From a virus (taxonomy: Duplodnaviria > Caudoviricetes), in the IMG/VR virus record IMGVR_UViG_3300037419_001325, positions 1 to 54,706 of that record: a DNA stretch of 54,706 nucleotides, one strand, 5' to 3'. The notes below the pieces were generated by a model. That model was not told the DNA's origin, ran no database searches, and worked only from the letters and a program-made list of their open reading frames with translations. Positions 42,246 through 52,737 of the stretch are shown in pieces (the stretch's first letter is position 1; every line of letters starts with the position of its first letter). The position numbers were made by a program, and so were the translations under genes.

Positions 42246-45200
42246 CTATAGCAGCGACAGCAGATGGTCTTGGAGCGCGACCGGCCCACCCGACCCGACG
42301 TAATGGATGGGGGCGTTCACGGTGGTGTTGCCGCGGCGCCGGCCACCGTTCTCCAGTGCGGCCACGAGCCGGTCGAACGACTCCGTCTGCCGCGGGGACA
42401 GGACGCGTTCGGGGCTGATGGTGTCTTTCGGCATGTAGCCCTTGCCGTAGGCGATACCGCCCTCATCGAAGCTGTCGATCGCCGCGCCTGCGCCGACCGC
42501 GATACCCGACACCACCACCGCCGCCAGGCCAGCCAGAGCCGCGCCCACAACGGCGCCGATAGCCGCACCGATGGCTGTGCCGATGCCGGGGATGATGGAG
42601 CCGATAGCGGCGCCGATCGCGGTGACGACGAGTTGGATCATCGCCGAGAGGATCGCGGTCAGGATTGGGATCAGCACGGCCGTAATCAGGTACCGCAACA
42701 CCGCTTTCATCAGCGCTGTGTTCAGCCGGTTCATCTCCTGGATGACCAGGTCGCGGGACGATTCGTTGCGTTGCATCAGGTCCGCGGTATCGGCGACGAT
42801 TCGGCCCGTCGCGTCGAACGCCGACTGCTGATCGCCACGGAACCGGCGGATCTCGTCGTTCGCTTTCACCAAGTTGTCGCGGATCTCGATGTTCACACCG
42901 GTCAGGCGGACGATCATGTCCACCAGTGGACCGCCGGAGATGTCCTTGCCGAGCGTGCCCCTGGAGTTCTGGACCTTCGAATCCTGCTGCGCGAGGGCCG
43001 CATTGGCGACCTGCTGCGCCACCTGCTGGAACGCGCTCGTAGCAGCCTGCGCCACCGACTGCACAGCCTTCGATATCTCCGCCACCGCGTCGAACGCCGA
43101 GCCTGGCGCGCCAAACGGGGACACCGCGCCCGGACCGGGGTTGTTGCCGCCCGGTGTCGTCGCCACCGTGCCGTTCAAGTTGTTCACCGCGGCCGTCGTC
43201 GCGTTCGCCGCATCCACCACCGTGCCGAACCCGGACCCCAGCCAGTCCTTCACCACGCCCAGCGCGGAATCGAACGCGGACTGCATGATCGGGGTCAGCA
43301 CCCCGCCCGTGAGCCTGTTCGAAATCTCTGTCAGGACGGCCCGGAGTTGTTCGGTCTGCTGCTGGGTCACCAATTCCTGGCTGGACTCCGAACGCAGCAC
43401 CAGATCCCGCGTCTGGGCCGCAACCTGTCCCGTCTGGGAGATTGCTTCCGCGGTCTGCTCCTGGAACTTCTGATCCTCCGGCGTCTGCCGCGGCGCGAGC
43501 TGCACGCCCAGCAGGTTCGACAACACATCTATCCCGGAGGTGAACACCGCATTCGTCAGCAAGTCGGGATCGGAGCGGCCGGGGGAGCCGCCCGCGATCT
43601 GCTGCAAACTCATCACCATCGCGTCGAACAAACGGGTCTGCTCGGGGCTGAGGACGCGTTCGGGCGCGATCACGTTCTTCGGCATGAACCCGGTACCCGA
43701 CGCGAGACCGCCGGAGTCGAAAGGCGTCACGAAGTCCAGCACCTTGCGGCCGGCATCCACGACGGAGCTGCCCACCGACTTCGCCTTGGTCCACGCGGAC
43801 GACAGGCCATCGGTCAGCCCATCCGCCAGGCCGGTCAGGTACTTCACCGACCCGTTCTCGAATGCGCCCAGGTATTCGCCCGGGATCTTCCGGAATTGGG
43901 GCGGCGGCGCCCCGATCTCGGTATCGATGCGCCGGCGGATCGGTTCCGTCAGACCGTGCACGATATCGGCGATCTTCCGCGCCAGGAAACCATGCTGATC
44001 TGACACCGAAGGACCGACGGACCCGCCGCCCGCGCCGGGCTGGAAATAGCCGTTGGCGCCGATTGGCAGGTGGTAGATGGACGCGAAGCTGGTCGGGTCG
44101 GTGCCCGCCCCGTAATGCACGTCGCCGAGCGCGCCACCGGATTCCGCGCGCATCGCTGTAGCGATACCGAGCAGCGGGATAGCGCCGAGAACACCCGCGG
44201 TGTGGCCGCCGCCGGGCCCGCCGGGGTCGTCGGTGACGCCGATGGTGAACCCGGCATCCGGACCCGATGTGAACCCCATGGGCCCGGTCTGCGGGTAGCC
44301 CGCGAACGAACTGGTCGACCAATACCGCTGCCACGGATTGAGACCGAGGATCGACGCGGCGATAGATCCCATGAAGCCGGAGCAGTCGAACGAATCCCCG
44401 ACGAACCGCGGCCCCGCCCACTGGTACGGCTTCCCCGACTGCTCACGCGCGAAGTTGTGACCGGCGAGCAACTGATACATCCACGGTTCGACTGCGCCGC
44501 CCTGCGCAAACCGCGGCTGCAGCTGATCGAACAACCCTTCGGGGCTGACGTTGCCGATGCCCTTCGCCGCCACCGCGGCGCCGTACCGGTCCAGGTTGTC
44601 CCGGCCGAGGTCGGTGACGATCTTGCCGTTGTCCCACGTGAAGGGGATGCCGCGGGCGATCATGTCGCGGATCGCGTACAGCACGTTCTGGCCGCCGGCG
44701 GCGATCACTTCCCGCGCGGTGACGACGTGCTCGCCGTTGGACAGGTAGGCGAGGATGTCGTCGGAGGTGCCGGAGCCGGGGCCGTTGACGCCACCGCCGC
44801 GCGCGAATGCGAGTTCAACAGGCTTGAGCTCTCCCAGGCCCGGAAGGAACCCAGCGACCGCGTTCCAGGCTTTGAGTAGCCCGCCGTTCCAGACGGTGCC
44901 GATGACGAACCTCACCGGATCGGCGGCGGCACTCTTCAGTCCATCCCAAATGGTTCGGATGCCCTTGACACCGTCATCGAACCAGCCTTTGACCTTGTCA
45001 ATAGCGTCGCCGATCTTCGGGAACAGTGTGTCGGTCAACCAGTCGACGCCCTTGCCGATGGAGTCATTCATCGTCTGCCAGTCGTCGGTGATCAACCGCA
45101 GCGCAGGCAGCAGCAGCTTCTGTACGACCTCGGTGACGAACCAGGTCCAGGCATTGATGAGGTCGGTGAGGATCGGTAGCAGGATCTTCAATATGTCGAT

Positions 45201-47657
45201 CAGGCCAGGCATGACCTGCACTGCGAGGTCCACCAGCTGCGGCAGCAGCGGGATCACAGCCAGCAGCAGATTCGCGAACGCACCCACCAGTTGCGGCAGG
45301 AACGGCGCCAGCTCCTGCAAAGCGCTCGCGAGCGCCTGCCCGAGTGTCATCGCGACCTGCGCCAGCACCGGCGCCAACTGCTGAATCACCGGCTGCATCT
45401 GCTGCGCGAACGACTGAATCACCGGCGCCAACGCCTGGAACACCGTCGACAGCGCAGGCGCGAGAGCCTGGATAGCGACCGACAGGTTCTCCGCGATCAG
45501 CGGGACAATCGGCGCGACCGCGGTCAACAGGTCAGCGAACGCCTGCGCCAGCGGCCCCATGGCGGGGGCGAGCGCATTCACAGCGCCGACCAAGGCGTTG
45601 CCGATCACCTGAACGATCTGCGACAGCGGCCCGATCATCGGGGTCAGCGCGGTCATCAACGCGGACAGCAGGTTCGAGATCACCGGCAGAATCGGGGCCA
45701 GCCCCTCCGCCAGATCCCCGATGAACGTGCCCAACTGCGGCAGGATGGGGGTCAGGGCGTCCGCGAATGCCGCTCCCAGGTCCCCGAGTCCCGGCGCGAG
45801 GTTCACCAGTCCCTGGCCGAGCGCTTCGAGCATCGGCCCCAGCGACGGCAATACCCTGTCCGCGATCGTGAGCAGCGCGGTGGTGAAATTGCCGAGCAAC
45901 GGCCCTATCCCGGACAGGGTTTGCGCGAACCCGTCCAGCACCGAATCCAGCAACCCCGAGTTCGCGGCATCCGAGAACGCGGCCCCGATGCTGTCGCCGA
46001 TCAACGCGACCTGCTGCCCGATCCCGACCAGCGCCGGGGTCACGACGTGGACGAAATCCAACAGTCCCTGTGTCGCTTCACCGGTGCCCATGCGGAAACC
46101 GGCCATCAGGTTCGTCGCACCCTGGAAGACATCGGTCAGCCCTTGCAGGCCGCGCGCGGACCCGAGGAAGTCCAGGGCCGATTTCGCGGCGCCGTTGAAC
46201 TGGGTGGCGACACCCACCATTCCGGTCTGCAACACCGGCAGCACCCGACCGGACACATCCGTCAATGTGGCGCCGAGGCCGGCGAATCCCGCGTCTTGGA
46301 CGGCGTTCTTCACGCCCTCCATCGCCGGTTTCAATCCGACGAGGGCGCGCACGAACTCTTGCGCGTTCGGCGACAGCTTCGACATCGCCTCCGCGTAAGC
46401 CTGCTGAGTGGTCGTGCCTTTCGCCTGCTCGGCCGCCAAATCCCGCACAGCTTTCGCCGCATCCCTGGACGCGATCGACGCCTCATACTGGGCGTCCGCC
46501 AGGCGCTGCTCGGCCTGCTGCTGTTTGTCCTTCGCCGCGGTGACCGCGTCGCTGCCTTCGATGCCCTTCTTCTGCGCTTCGGCGTTGTCCTGCTGCGCGC
46601 GAGTGTTCTCGTCAACGGCCTGGTCGTAACGCAGCTGGGCCCGCTCCAACGCGACGAGATCCTTCTCATGCTGCGCCGGATTGAACACCGACTGCTGCGC
46701 CGTCTTCGTGGCCTCCCGCAGGTCGATCGCCGCTTCCTTCTGCGAGATCGACGCCCCCCGCGCCCGCAACATCGCGTCCTCGAGATCACGACCCGCCTGC
46801 TGATACGCCCGACCCACATCCTCGGCAGCGGTCTTCGCGTCCTTCTGCGCATCCGCTAGAGACCGTTGCGCGATCTGCGCGTTATGCGCGGCATCCGACA
46901 CCCGGTCCTGCGCGTCCGCCAACGCCCTCGACTTATCCGCCGCTTCGAGGGCTTCCTTCGGGCCGTGCTCGCTCGCGTCGTTCGCGGCCTTGATCGCGTC
47001 CTTGAAGCCGTTCAACCCGACTACCGCGGTCGCCATGATCCCGCCGGCCGCCGGACCCACCGCAGCCAACGCGGTCGCCAGACCACCCACCAAACCGGTC
47101 GCCGCCCCAGCGGCACCGCCGATACCAGCGACGATTCCGGTGAGCCCGGCCAGCTTCCCGGTATTCAGCGCAACCGAGCCAATCGCAGAACCGAGCCGCG
47201 TGAACGCCGCGGTGCTGGCGTCAGCATCACCTTTCAGCCGGGATGTTCCGCTCGAGGAAGTCGAGAACCGCGATCCCGCTGTGGCCGCTGCCGCAGCTGA
47301 TCGGGCGCGAGCCACGGTGGACTGGTCGACCTCCACCCGGACCTGCTGCGTGATCGGACGCGCTTCACGCTCCAGATCAGCGTGGACGGCCCGCATGTGT
47401 TCGGTGACACCAGTAGCGTCGAGGTCGACGGCGATTTCTACGCCGAGATTCGCTGCGTCCAAACGGGTTTGGAGTGCCCGCAAATGGTCGTTGACGGTGG
47501 AGTCATCGAAGTTGATGTTGATGGGGACGGTGAGCGGCCGGGCGTCCATCTGCAACTGGACTTTCCGCATCGCGGAGATGACCACGCGCGACAGGTCCGC
47601 TTCGAACCCGCGCGCGTCCGCGGTGATAGGTATGCGGATTCCGCCGGGCGCAGTCAC
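42246..47657 (-). CDS. Tape measure protein
   Basis: 1803 aa, Ala/Gly/Leu-rich helical repeats; NlpC/P60-like PYQWAG...FDCSG...GHT segment. Confidence 0.95.
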   Translation of the reverse strand: MTAPGGIRIPITADARGFEADLSRVVISAMRKVQLQMDARPLTVPININFDDSTVNDHLRALQTRLDAANLGVEIAVDLDATGVTEHMRAVHADLEREARPITQQVRVEVDQSTVARARSAAAAATAGSRFSTSSSGTSRLKGDADASTAAFTRLGSAIGSVALNTGKLAGLTGIVAGIGGAAGAATGLVGGLATALAAVGPAAGGIMATAVVGLNGFKDAIKAANDASEHGPKEALEAADKSRALADAQDRVSDAAHNAQIAQRSLADAQKDAKTAAEDVGRAYQQAGRDLEDAMLRARGASISQKEAAIDLREATKTAQQSVFNPAQHEKDLVALERAQLRYDQAVDENTRAQQDNAEAQKKGIEGSDAVTAAKDKQQQAEQRLADAQYEASIASRDAAKAVRDLAAEQAKGTTTQQAYAEAMSKLSPNAQEFVRALVGLKPAMEGVKNAVQDAGFAGLGATLTDVSGRVLPVLQTGMVGVATQFNGAAKSALDFLGSARGLQGLTDVFQGATNLMAGFRMGTGEATQGLLDFVHVVTPALVGIGQQVALIGDSIGAAFSDAANSGLLDSVLDGFAQTLSGIGPLLGNFTTALLTIADRVLPSLGPMLEALGQGLVNLAPGLGDLGAAFADALTPILPQLGTFIGDLAEGLAPILPVISNLLSALMTALTPMIGPLSQIVQVIGNALVGAVNALAPAMGPLAQAFADLLTAVAPIVPLIAENLSVAIQALAPALSTVFQALAPVIQSFAQQMQPVIQQLAPVLAQVAMTLGQALASALQELAPFLPQLVGAFANLLLAVIPLLPQLVDLAVQVMPGLIDILKILLPILTDLINAWTWFVTEVVQKLLLPALRLITDDWQTMNDSIGKGVDWLTDTLFPKIGDAIDKVKGWFDDGVKGIRTIWDGLKSAAADPVRFVIGTVWNGGLLKAWNAVAGFLPGLGELKPVELAFARGGGVNGPGSGTSDDILAYLSNGEHVVTAREVIAAGGQNVLYAIRDMIARGIPFTWDNGKIVTDLGRDNLDRYGAAVAAKGIGNVSPEGLFDQLQPRFAQGGAVEPWMYQLLAGHNFAREQSGKPYQWAGPRFVGDSFDCSGFMGSIAASILGLNPWQRYWSTSSFAGYPQTGPMGFTSGPDAGFTIGVTDDPGGPGGGHTAGVLGAIPLLGIATAMRAESGGALGDVHYGAGTDPTSFASIYHLPIGANGYFQPGAGGGSVGPSVSDQHGFLARKIADIVHGLTEPIRRRIDTEIGAPPPQFRKIPGEYLGAFENGSVKYLTGLADGLTDGLSSAWTKAKSVGSSVVDAGRKVLDFVTPFDSGGLASGTGFMPKNVIAPERVLSPEQTRLFDAMVMSLQQIAGGSPGRSDPDLLTNAVFTSGIDVLSNLLGVQLAPRQTPEDQKFQEQTAEAISQTGQVAAQTRDLVLRSESSQELVTQQQTEQLRAVLTEISNRLTGGVLTPIMQSAFDSALGVVKDWLGSGFGTVVDAANATTAAVNNLNGTVATTPGGNNPGPGAVSPFGAPGSAFDAVAEISKAVQSVAQAATSAFQQVAQQVANAALAQQDSKVQNSRGTLGKDISGGPLVDMIVRLTGVNIEIRDNLVKANDEIRRFRGDQQSAFDATGRIVADTADLMQRNESSRDLVIQEMNRLNTALMKAVLRYLITAVLIPILTAILSAMIQLVVTAIGAAIGSIIPGIGTAIGAAIGAVVGAALAGLAAVVVSGIAVGAGAAIDSFDEGGIAYGKGYMPKDTISPERVLSPRQTESFDRLVAALENGGRRRGNTTVNAPIHYVGSGGPVALQDHLLSLL

Positions 47658-47663
47658 GCGCGG

Positions 47664-47684
47664 AGACTGGCAAACCGGGGTGCA
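47664..47684 (-). promoter_or_regulatory. Late-type promoter motif copy 6
   Basis: TGCACCCC-N7-CAGTCT, GTG 6 nt downstream. Confidence 0.65.
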
Positions 47685-47693
47685 AACCCAAGG

Positions 47694-48104
47694 TCAGAGC
47701 AGTTTCGCCCGCGCCATCTCGTCCCGCACCGACGACTGGAGGAACGGATTTCCGCGGTAGCCAGGATGGTTCACGCGCCGCGCGAACACGGTCCGGCCAC
47801 CGACCTCGAACCGCAGCACCCGCGCGCGGCGCGGCGCGATCACATGTGGCCGAGTCCCATCGTGGACCCACCTCGCATACCGCGCGGTGGCATACACCTC
47901 AGTCAACACAGTCGGGCCCAGGACAGCGGTTCGGTCACCGAGCGTGGATCGCAGGTGCCCAGTGCGCACATTCACCCGCCGCCGCGCTGTCCGGGTGATC
48001 GCGCGCCCGAGCTTCCGCATCGTCGGCGCGGCCTGCTGCGCCGCCTCCAGGTCGACACCAGCGGGTGGGATGAAGTACGACCCGGCACGGACCTTGATCG
48101 TCAT
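47694..48104 (-). CDS. HK97-gp10-like tail completion protein
   Basis: VRTGHLRS, YARWVHDGTRPH, VNHPG..GNPFL. Confidence 0.8.
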   Translation of the reverse strand: MTIKVRAGSYFIPPAGVDLEAAQQAAPTMRKLGRAITRTARRRVNVRTGHLRSTLGDRTAVLGPTVLTEVYATARYARWVHDGTRPHVIAPRRARVLRFEVGGRTVFARRVNHPGYRGNPFLQSSVRDEMARAKLL

Positions 48105-48313
48105 TCGGTTACCGCGCGCCGCCGCCGTTTCCGCGGGGCAGGCTCGGGAGCCTTCTCTACGGCAGGCTCCTCGGGTTCGTCGTGGTGCCAGTCGACGATT
48201 TCAATGATCCGGTTCGCGGCAAGAGCTTTCAACCGGTCGGTCAACTCCACGGTGTGCTGTTCACCGCGCGCGCACACGTCGCTGTTGATGACGCCCTCGA
48301 TGGTCACCTTCAT
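48101..48313 (-). CDS. Small structural-region protein
   Basis: AAGGAG RBS, MKVTIEG. Confidence 0.6.
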   Translation of the reverse strand: MKVTIEGVINSDVCARGEQHTVELTDRLKALAANRIIEIVDWHHDEPEEPAVEKAPEPAPRKRRRRAVTE

Positions 48314-48837
48314 TACTGCTCCTTCTCCAGTTCCGCGTACGCGAGCTGTGTCCACACCAACACGAGACCTTCCGGCCCCCATGGCTCCCCGGCACCGAGC
48401 GCCGTATCCGACGCCTTTCCGGCTCGTTTCGCATCGGCCATGGCCGCGCACAACGCCAAGTCGATGCGCCAGGCGTCGTCCCACTGCACCGCCGCCAACT
48501 GCTCCAACTCATCCGGGTCGTCTGTGAGGGGATGGCAGCGAGCTATACCGGCTTCGATGGTGATGGCCTTCTGGAGCGTGCACCGTGCCGTCACAGCCTC
48601 GGTGGGGAATTCCTCTGTCCGCCACCGCCGCACGAGCCGCACCCACACAAACGGACCACACCCGTCGCACGAATCGGAGTCGGTGCCGACCCATTCCGGC
48701 GGGGTGACCGCTTCGCCAGCGACTACACGCACACGGTCCGTGCCGCCGCCGAGCGGGCGAACCGAGGCGTCGGGCGCGAACACTTCCTGTAGGCGGGTGA
48801 CCGCGAACCCGACGATCGTTGCAACCGCGTCCATCAT
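48313..48837 (-). CDS. Putative tail terminator
   Basis: PFVWVRL, GIARC, PWGPEG; position in head-tail module. Confidence 0.65.
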   Translation of the reverse strand: MMDAVATIVGFAVTRLQEVFAPDASVRPLGGGTDRVRVVAGEAVTPPEWVGTDSDSCDGCGPFVWVRLVRRWRTEEFPTEAVTARCTLQKAITIEAGIARCHPLTDDPDELEQLAAVQWDDAWRIDLALCAAMADAKRAGKASDTALGAGEPWGPEGLVLVWTQLAYAELEKEQ

Positions 48838-49577
48838 GCGCCGCCCGGAAAATCTGGACTGATCACGGCAGGCGGGGCTGAGAGGCGGTTTGGGTTCACC
48901 GCGGCGATCCACAAATCCACTTCCGGTATCCCGGTCTGCATGTTCTGGAACAGGACGGTCGGGTCAGCGATCTTCATCGACACCCCTTGCCGGGACACCG
49001 ATTCCGTGCCACGAGGCAAACGACATTTCTGGCCCTTGCACAGGTTCCAGAACTCCAAGGCCAGAGTCCCCACCATCTGGTCCGCGCCCGCCGGCGGCTC
49101 TCGTCCCTGTAAATACTCGACAGTCCATGTCCCCGGCGACCCTGCCGGCCGGGACAGGTCTTGGTCCGGCCAGCGTCCTGATGTGGCGTACAGGCGGTCA
49201 CCCTCGAGGACATACAGGCTGGAGTCGATCACCGCCCCGTCGATAGTGACGGAGGTGATGGAGCAAACCGGGCCCGGCAGGTGCACGACGCCGGGACCGC
49301 TTGTGCGGCAGAGAGGTCCGCAGCCGCAGCCGATGTTGCGCCACACCCCGGAATCCAGGTCCGGGAACCACGCGTAGCCGGGCAACCATCCGAGATAGCC
49401 ACGGTCGTGGTCGCGTGGGCACGGCCGGACAGTGATCGGGCAGCACCCGAACTGCCGGCCTGTGAAGCTCCACAGAACGTGGACGGCGGTGTCGATCGCG
49501 GCCTGCAGCTGCGCAACATCCTCCGGCGCGGTCACCTCAGGTAGACACGCGCGCGAGACGGGCCAAGTGCAGCTCAT
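48834..49577 (-). CDS. Head-to-tail adaptor
   Basis: LWSFTGRQFGCC..TVRPC, CRLP, RQGVS, TGIPEVDLWI..VNP. Confidence 0.85.
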   Translation of the reverse strand: MSCTWPVSRACLPEVTAPEDVAQLQAAIDTAVHVLWSFTGRQFGCCPITVRPCPRDHDRGYLGWLPGYAWFPDLDSGVWRNIGCGCGPLCRTSGPGVVHLPGPVCSITSVTIDGAVIDSSLYVLEGDRLYATSGRWPDQDLSRPAGSPGTWTVEYLQGREPPAGADQMVGTLALEFWNLCKGQKCRLPRGTESVSRQGVSMKIADPTVLFQNMQTGIPEVDLWIAAVNPNRLSAPPAVISPDFPGGA

Positions 49578-49584
49578 AGCGGGG

Positions 49585-49605
49585 ACCGTAGGCGGGAGGG
49601 GTGCA
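49585..49605 (-). promoter_or_regulatory. Late-type promoter motif copy 7
   Basis: TGCACCCC-N7-TACGGT, ATG 7 nt downstream. Confidence 0.75.
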
Positions 49606-49609
49606 GGGA

Positions 49610-50014
49610 CTACGAGCCGTAGATGGCGTTACGCGGGTAGGTGATAGTCGGCACCGCCGCCAGGTCGTCGCCCTCGAGGATGACGAGCGGATCAGTCTGG
49701 TAGGTCAACGTGACCTGGGCCATCCAGAAAAAGAACTCCCCGTTGAGGAACAGGACCGATCCTTCCATCCCGGAATCCGCAGGAAGGTAGTTCGGCGGCA
49801 CCGTGGGGATGCCCCCGCCGGGAAGGCTCAGCAATTCTCCCTGCCGGATCAGCCACACGTTTCCGGTGCTCGGCTCGGGGGATTTGACCCAGTAGGTGGC
49901 GACCTTGCCGTCGCCGATGTCTTCGGCCCACACCATTCGGCTATCGGTGGGCGCCATCGGAATCGCGGTCCACGACGTGCTCGGAATGATGTCGACTCGG
50001 CTCATGGATGTCAT
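49610..50014 (-). CDS. Hypothetical protein
   Basis: 134-aa ORF ending the operon. Confidence 0.6.
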   Translation of the reverse strand: MTSMSRVDIIPSTSWTAIPMAPTDSRMVWAEDIGDGKVATYWVKSPEPSTGNVWLIRQGELLSLPGGGIPTVPPNYLPADSGMEGSVLFLNGEFFFWMAQVTLTYQTDPLVILEGDDLAAVPTITYPRNAIYGS

Positions 50015-50038
50015 CAGAAACCCTCTCGGTCAGTGCTG

Positions 50039-51280
50039 CTACGGCAGTGTGGCGGCGAGCTCGACCGCCATGCGGCGGTGCCCGAGCCAGGATGGGTGGA
50101 TGGTGTCGGTGGTGTAGTCCGGCCACAGGGCGGTGCCGGAGGTGCCGCGCATCGCGCCGGCGAAGTCGACTACCGCGGATACGAATGAGGGGCCTTGCCC
50201 CATCCAGTCGTTGTAGGACAGGCGTACCGCGTCGTTGGTTGTGCCCCGCGATAGGACGGTGCCGAGATAGACGGAGCCTGTGAATCCGTATGTGGTGCGC
50301 AGTCTCGACAGGATGGTGTTGATAGACGACTGCAGCGCCGCCAAAGTGGCGTTGTTGCCGAATATGTCGTTGCTGCCGCCGCAGATCAGCACCTCGTCCA
50401 GCGCATACGTATCCAGGGACAACCGGTTCCACAGGTGCGCCGCACCAGCAACACTGGCTGGGTCGAGCGCGTAGTCCGACAGTTTGAACCCTGCCAAAGA
50501 CATGTTCACGATCAGCCGATTGTGTTGCGCCGCCCAGAGATACACGTTCCCGCGATGCAGCGGTGTCGGGGTGATACTCGCGACCGTGGTGCCTTTCGGT
50601 CCGGCGATCGGCTCGAAGATCGAATCACCGATCACCAGACACACTTTGCGGCGTGTCGTGGACTGGTACTCGATGACATATTCGAACGGCACCGAAGTGA
50701 CTGTCCCGCCTGAGCCCGCGATCGTTGGGTCTGTGGCGGAGGTCGAGTTCGCCCAATACCAGGCTTTCCCCGCGCCGGTCTGCACCGCGGTGGAGCTGGC
50801 GAACGTCCACCCGAACGCGACCAGGAACTCAGTGTTCGCCGTGAATACGGCGCCCGCCGTTGTCACCCATGGGGACGTGTAGTAGCTGCCGTCCCCAGGG
50901 ATTGTCTGATCGGTTGACACGATCGTCGTGGCGGTAGAGCCGGTGAAGCTGCCGGAGTCGGCGCCGGTAGCGTCAGTGGTCGGCAGGGAGTGCAAGCCCA
51001 CGATCAGCTTTTTCAGCGTCGCCGCGGTCTTCGCGGTTTCGGCTGTGTCGCGGTTGCGGATCTTGATGCGCCACTGCGAGGCGTCCACTGGCAGTTTGAC
51101 CGAAAACCGGACACTGCCAGCGGTGCTCGCGCTCAGTGACGTGGTCACCGTGCCACCCAAACCGCCGTTCGTGTACGGCAGTGTGCGAGTCACGAGAGGC
51201 CCGTAGAGGCTCGTTAACACGCTGTCGACGGTGGCCGCGTCCTGAGTCGCTGAGGGCGTCGGCCCGAGTAGCTTCACCAT
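50039..51280 (-). CDS. SGNH/GDSL hydrolase-domain protein
   Basis: VIGDS, GGSND, DTIHP blocks. Confidence 0.85.
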   Translation of the reverse strand: MVKLLGPTPSATQDAATVDSVLTSLYGPLVTRTLPYTNGGLGGTVTTSLSASTAGSVRFSVKLPVDASQWRIKIRNRDTAETAKTAATLKKLIVGLHSLPTTDATGADSGSFTGSTATTIVSTDQTIPGDGSYYTSPWVTTAGAVFTANTEFLVAFGWTFASSTAVQTGAGKAWYWANSTSATDPTIAGSGGTVTSVPFEYVIEYQSTTRRKVCLVIGDSIFEPIAGPKGTTVASITPTPLHRGNVYLWAAQHNRLIVNMSLAGFKLSDYALDPASVAGAAHLWNRLSLDTYALDEVLICGGSNDIFGNNATLAALQSSINTILSRLRTTYGFTGSVYLGTVLSRGTTNDAVRLSYNDWMGQGPSFVSAVVDFAGAMRGTSGTALWPDYTTDTIHPSWLGHRRMAVELAATLP

Positions 51281-51295
51281 GAATGCGACGCCGCC

Positions 51296-52090
51296 TTACC
51301 CATGCACGACGACGCGATACGCGTTCGACGCCGGCGCGACCGCGAACACGAGGGTGACGGTGTTGGTGTCGGTGTGGGTGATGTCGGGGATCACCTCTGC
51401 GAAGGTCGCCGAGTCGTACACGGCCACGGTGATATCGCGGGTGCCGAGGTTGTGGGAGACCGCGATGGATGTGGACGATCCGTTGCCGATGTTCTGCGCG
51501 AACTTCCGGACCGCCACCGCCGGATCGAGTTTCAGCCCTGACCCCGACAGCGACAGGCCGGAACTGGTGTCCAGCTTCACCGACACCACGTTCGAGGTGA
51601 CGTCGATACCGTTGCCCGCGGTGTAAACGCCGCCCGCGCCGCCCCATTGGGCCCACACGGTAGCGGTGGTGCCGATGGTGATTGGGTTGTTAGTGGTCTG
51701 CACCCACCGCGTGTCGGCGTTGGTGGTGCCTTCCCCGACGAACACGGCTGTGCCGTCCACGATCTCGCCTGCGCCGTCGGCGTCGGTGGCGCGGGTCAAC
51801 GGCGAGGAGCTGCCGTTGAACACGTAGATGCCGTTCTCCGAACCAGTGGATTGGTTCTTGAGCAGTACCCGGTCACCGTTGGTCAGGGTGACACCGTCGA
51901 TCGCGGCGCCGGGCGACGCGACGGTGACGTTCGCTGTGGAGGCGGCGCGGACAGCCGGCTTCCACGACAAACCCGCCTGCTGCGCCTGCAGGGTCTGCAG
52001 GTTCACCACGTCCATCGCGGACGAGGGGTCGGCGACGTTCTGGATGCGCTGGGCTTGCAGATCCAGCCCATTCATGATCTTGGTAGCGAT
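51296..52090 (-). CDS. Fibre/decoration structural protein
   Basis: WKPAVRAAST, DGVTLTNGDRVLLKNQ...ENGIY, HNLGT; RBS position points to ATC at 52090, first ATG at 52075. Confidence 0.75.
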   Translation of the reverse strand: MATKIMNGLDLQAQRIQNVADPSSAMDVVNLQTLQAQQAGLSWKPAVRAASTANVTVASPGAAIDGVTLTNGDRVLLKNQSTGSENGIYVFNGSSSPLTRATDADGAGEIVDGTAVFVGEGTTNADTRWVQTTNNPITIGTTATVWAQWGGAGGVYTAGNGIDVTSNVVSVKLDTSSGLSLSGSGLKLDPAVAVRKFAQNIGNGSSTSIAVSHNLGTRDITVAVYDSATFAEVIPDITHTDTNTVTLVFAVAPASNAYRVVVHG

Positions 52091-52103
52091 GGCTACTGCC
52101 CTC

Positions 52104-52730
52104 CTAAGACAGTTCGGCGCGGCCCGCGGTTGGGGTCGCGAAGGTCAGGACGGCTGTGTTCCCGTCCGGGAATTCGGCGTCCGGGATCACGACCCGGCCG
52201 CCGACAACGACGAGCAGCGAATACGGGGTACGCCCGAACCCATGCGCCACGGTCCATGTCGCGGCGGGTGTGGACTGCACGTGCTCGTAACCCGACGAAC
52301 TCCCACCCCCACCACCGGGCGGCCCAGCCGGGCCGGGCACTGGCACCGCGACCGCCTGACTGTCAGGCAGCGGGACCGCGGTGGGGCAGCCGATACCTGT
52401 TGGCCCGCACCCGCTATCGACGCGCCCCTCAACCCAGATGAATGCTGGGTTGTCCGGGTAGTCCAGCCACAATTCGGCGTACGCGGACCGAGGCACAGCG
52501 GCCACCTGGTCGGCGGTCACATGCCACGACATCACCGCCCCCGAAATCGTCGCCGGCCATTGCACATCGAAGCTCGTGCCCCGCGCGGACAGGTGCAGCC
52601 ACGCCGATGTTCCCGACGGCCACGACATGGGTGTTCCGAGCGGCTGCTGTAGCTCGATCCGGCCGACGAAGTCCGCGGCGGGGTCGAGCGCGAGGCGCAG
52701 CCGACCAGCGACAGCGCCCAGGGTCAGCAT
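52104..52730 (-). CDS. Minor tail/fibre-associated protein
   Basis: PGPAGPPG collagen-like triplets, WTVAHGFG C-terminal domain. Confidence 0.7.
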   Translation of the reverse strand: MLTLGAVAGRLRLALDPAADFVGRIELQQPLGTPMSWPSGTSAWLHLSARGTSFDVQWPATISGAVMSWHVTADQVAAVPRSAYAELWLDYPDNPAFIWVEGRVDSGCGPTGIGCPTAVPLPDSQAVAVPVPGPAGPPGGGGGSSSGYEHVQSTPAATWTVAHGFGRTPYSLLVVVGGRVVIPDAEFPDGNTAVLTFATPTAGRAELS

Positions 52731-52737
52731 GGCCCGG

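Noticed and set aside
42264-46859. Long plus-strand ORFs (579 and 522 aa) and similar shadows such as 32345..33733 and 14193..15665
   Set aside because: Antisense shadows of real genes caused by high-GC codon bias; no recognisable motifs or RBS
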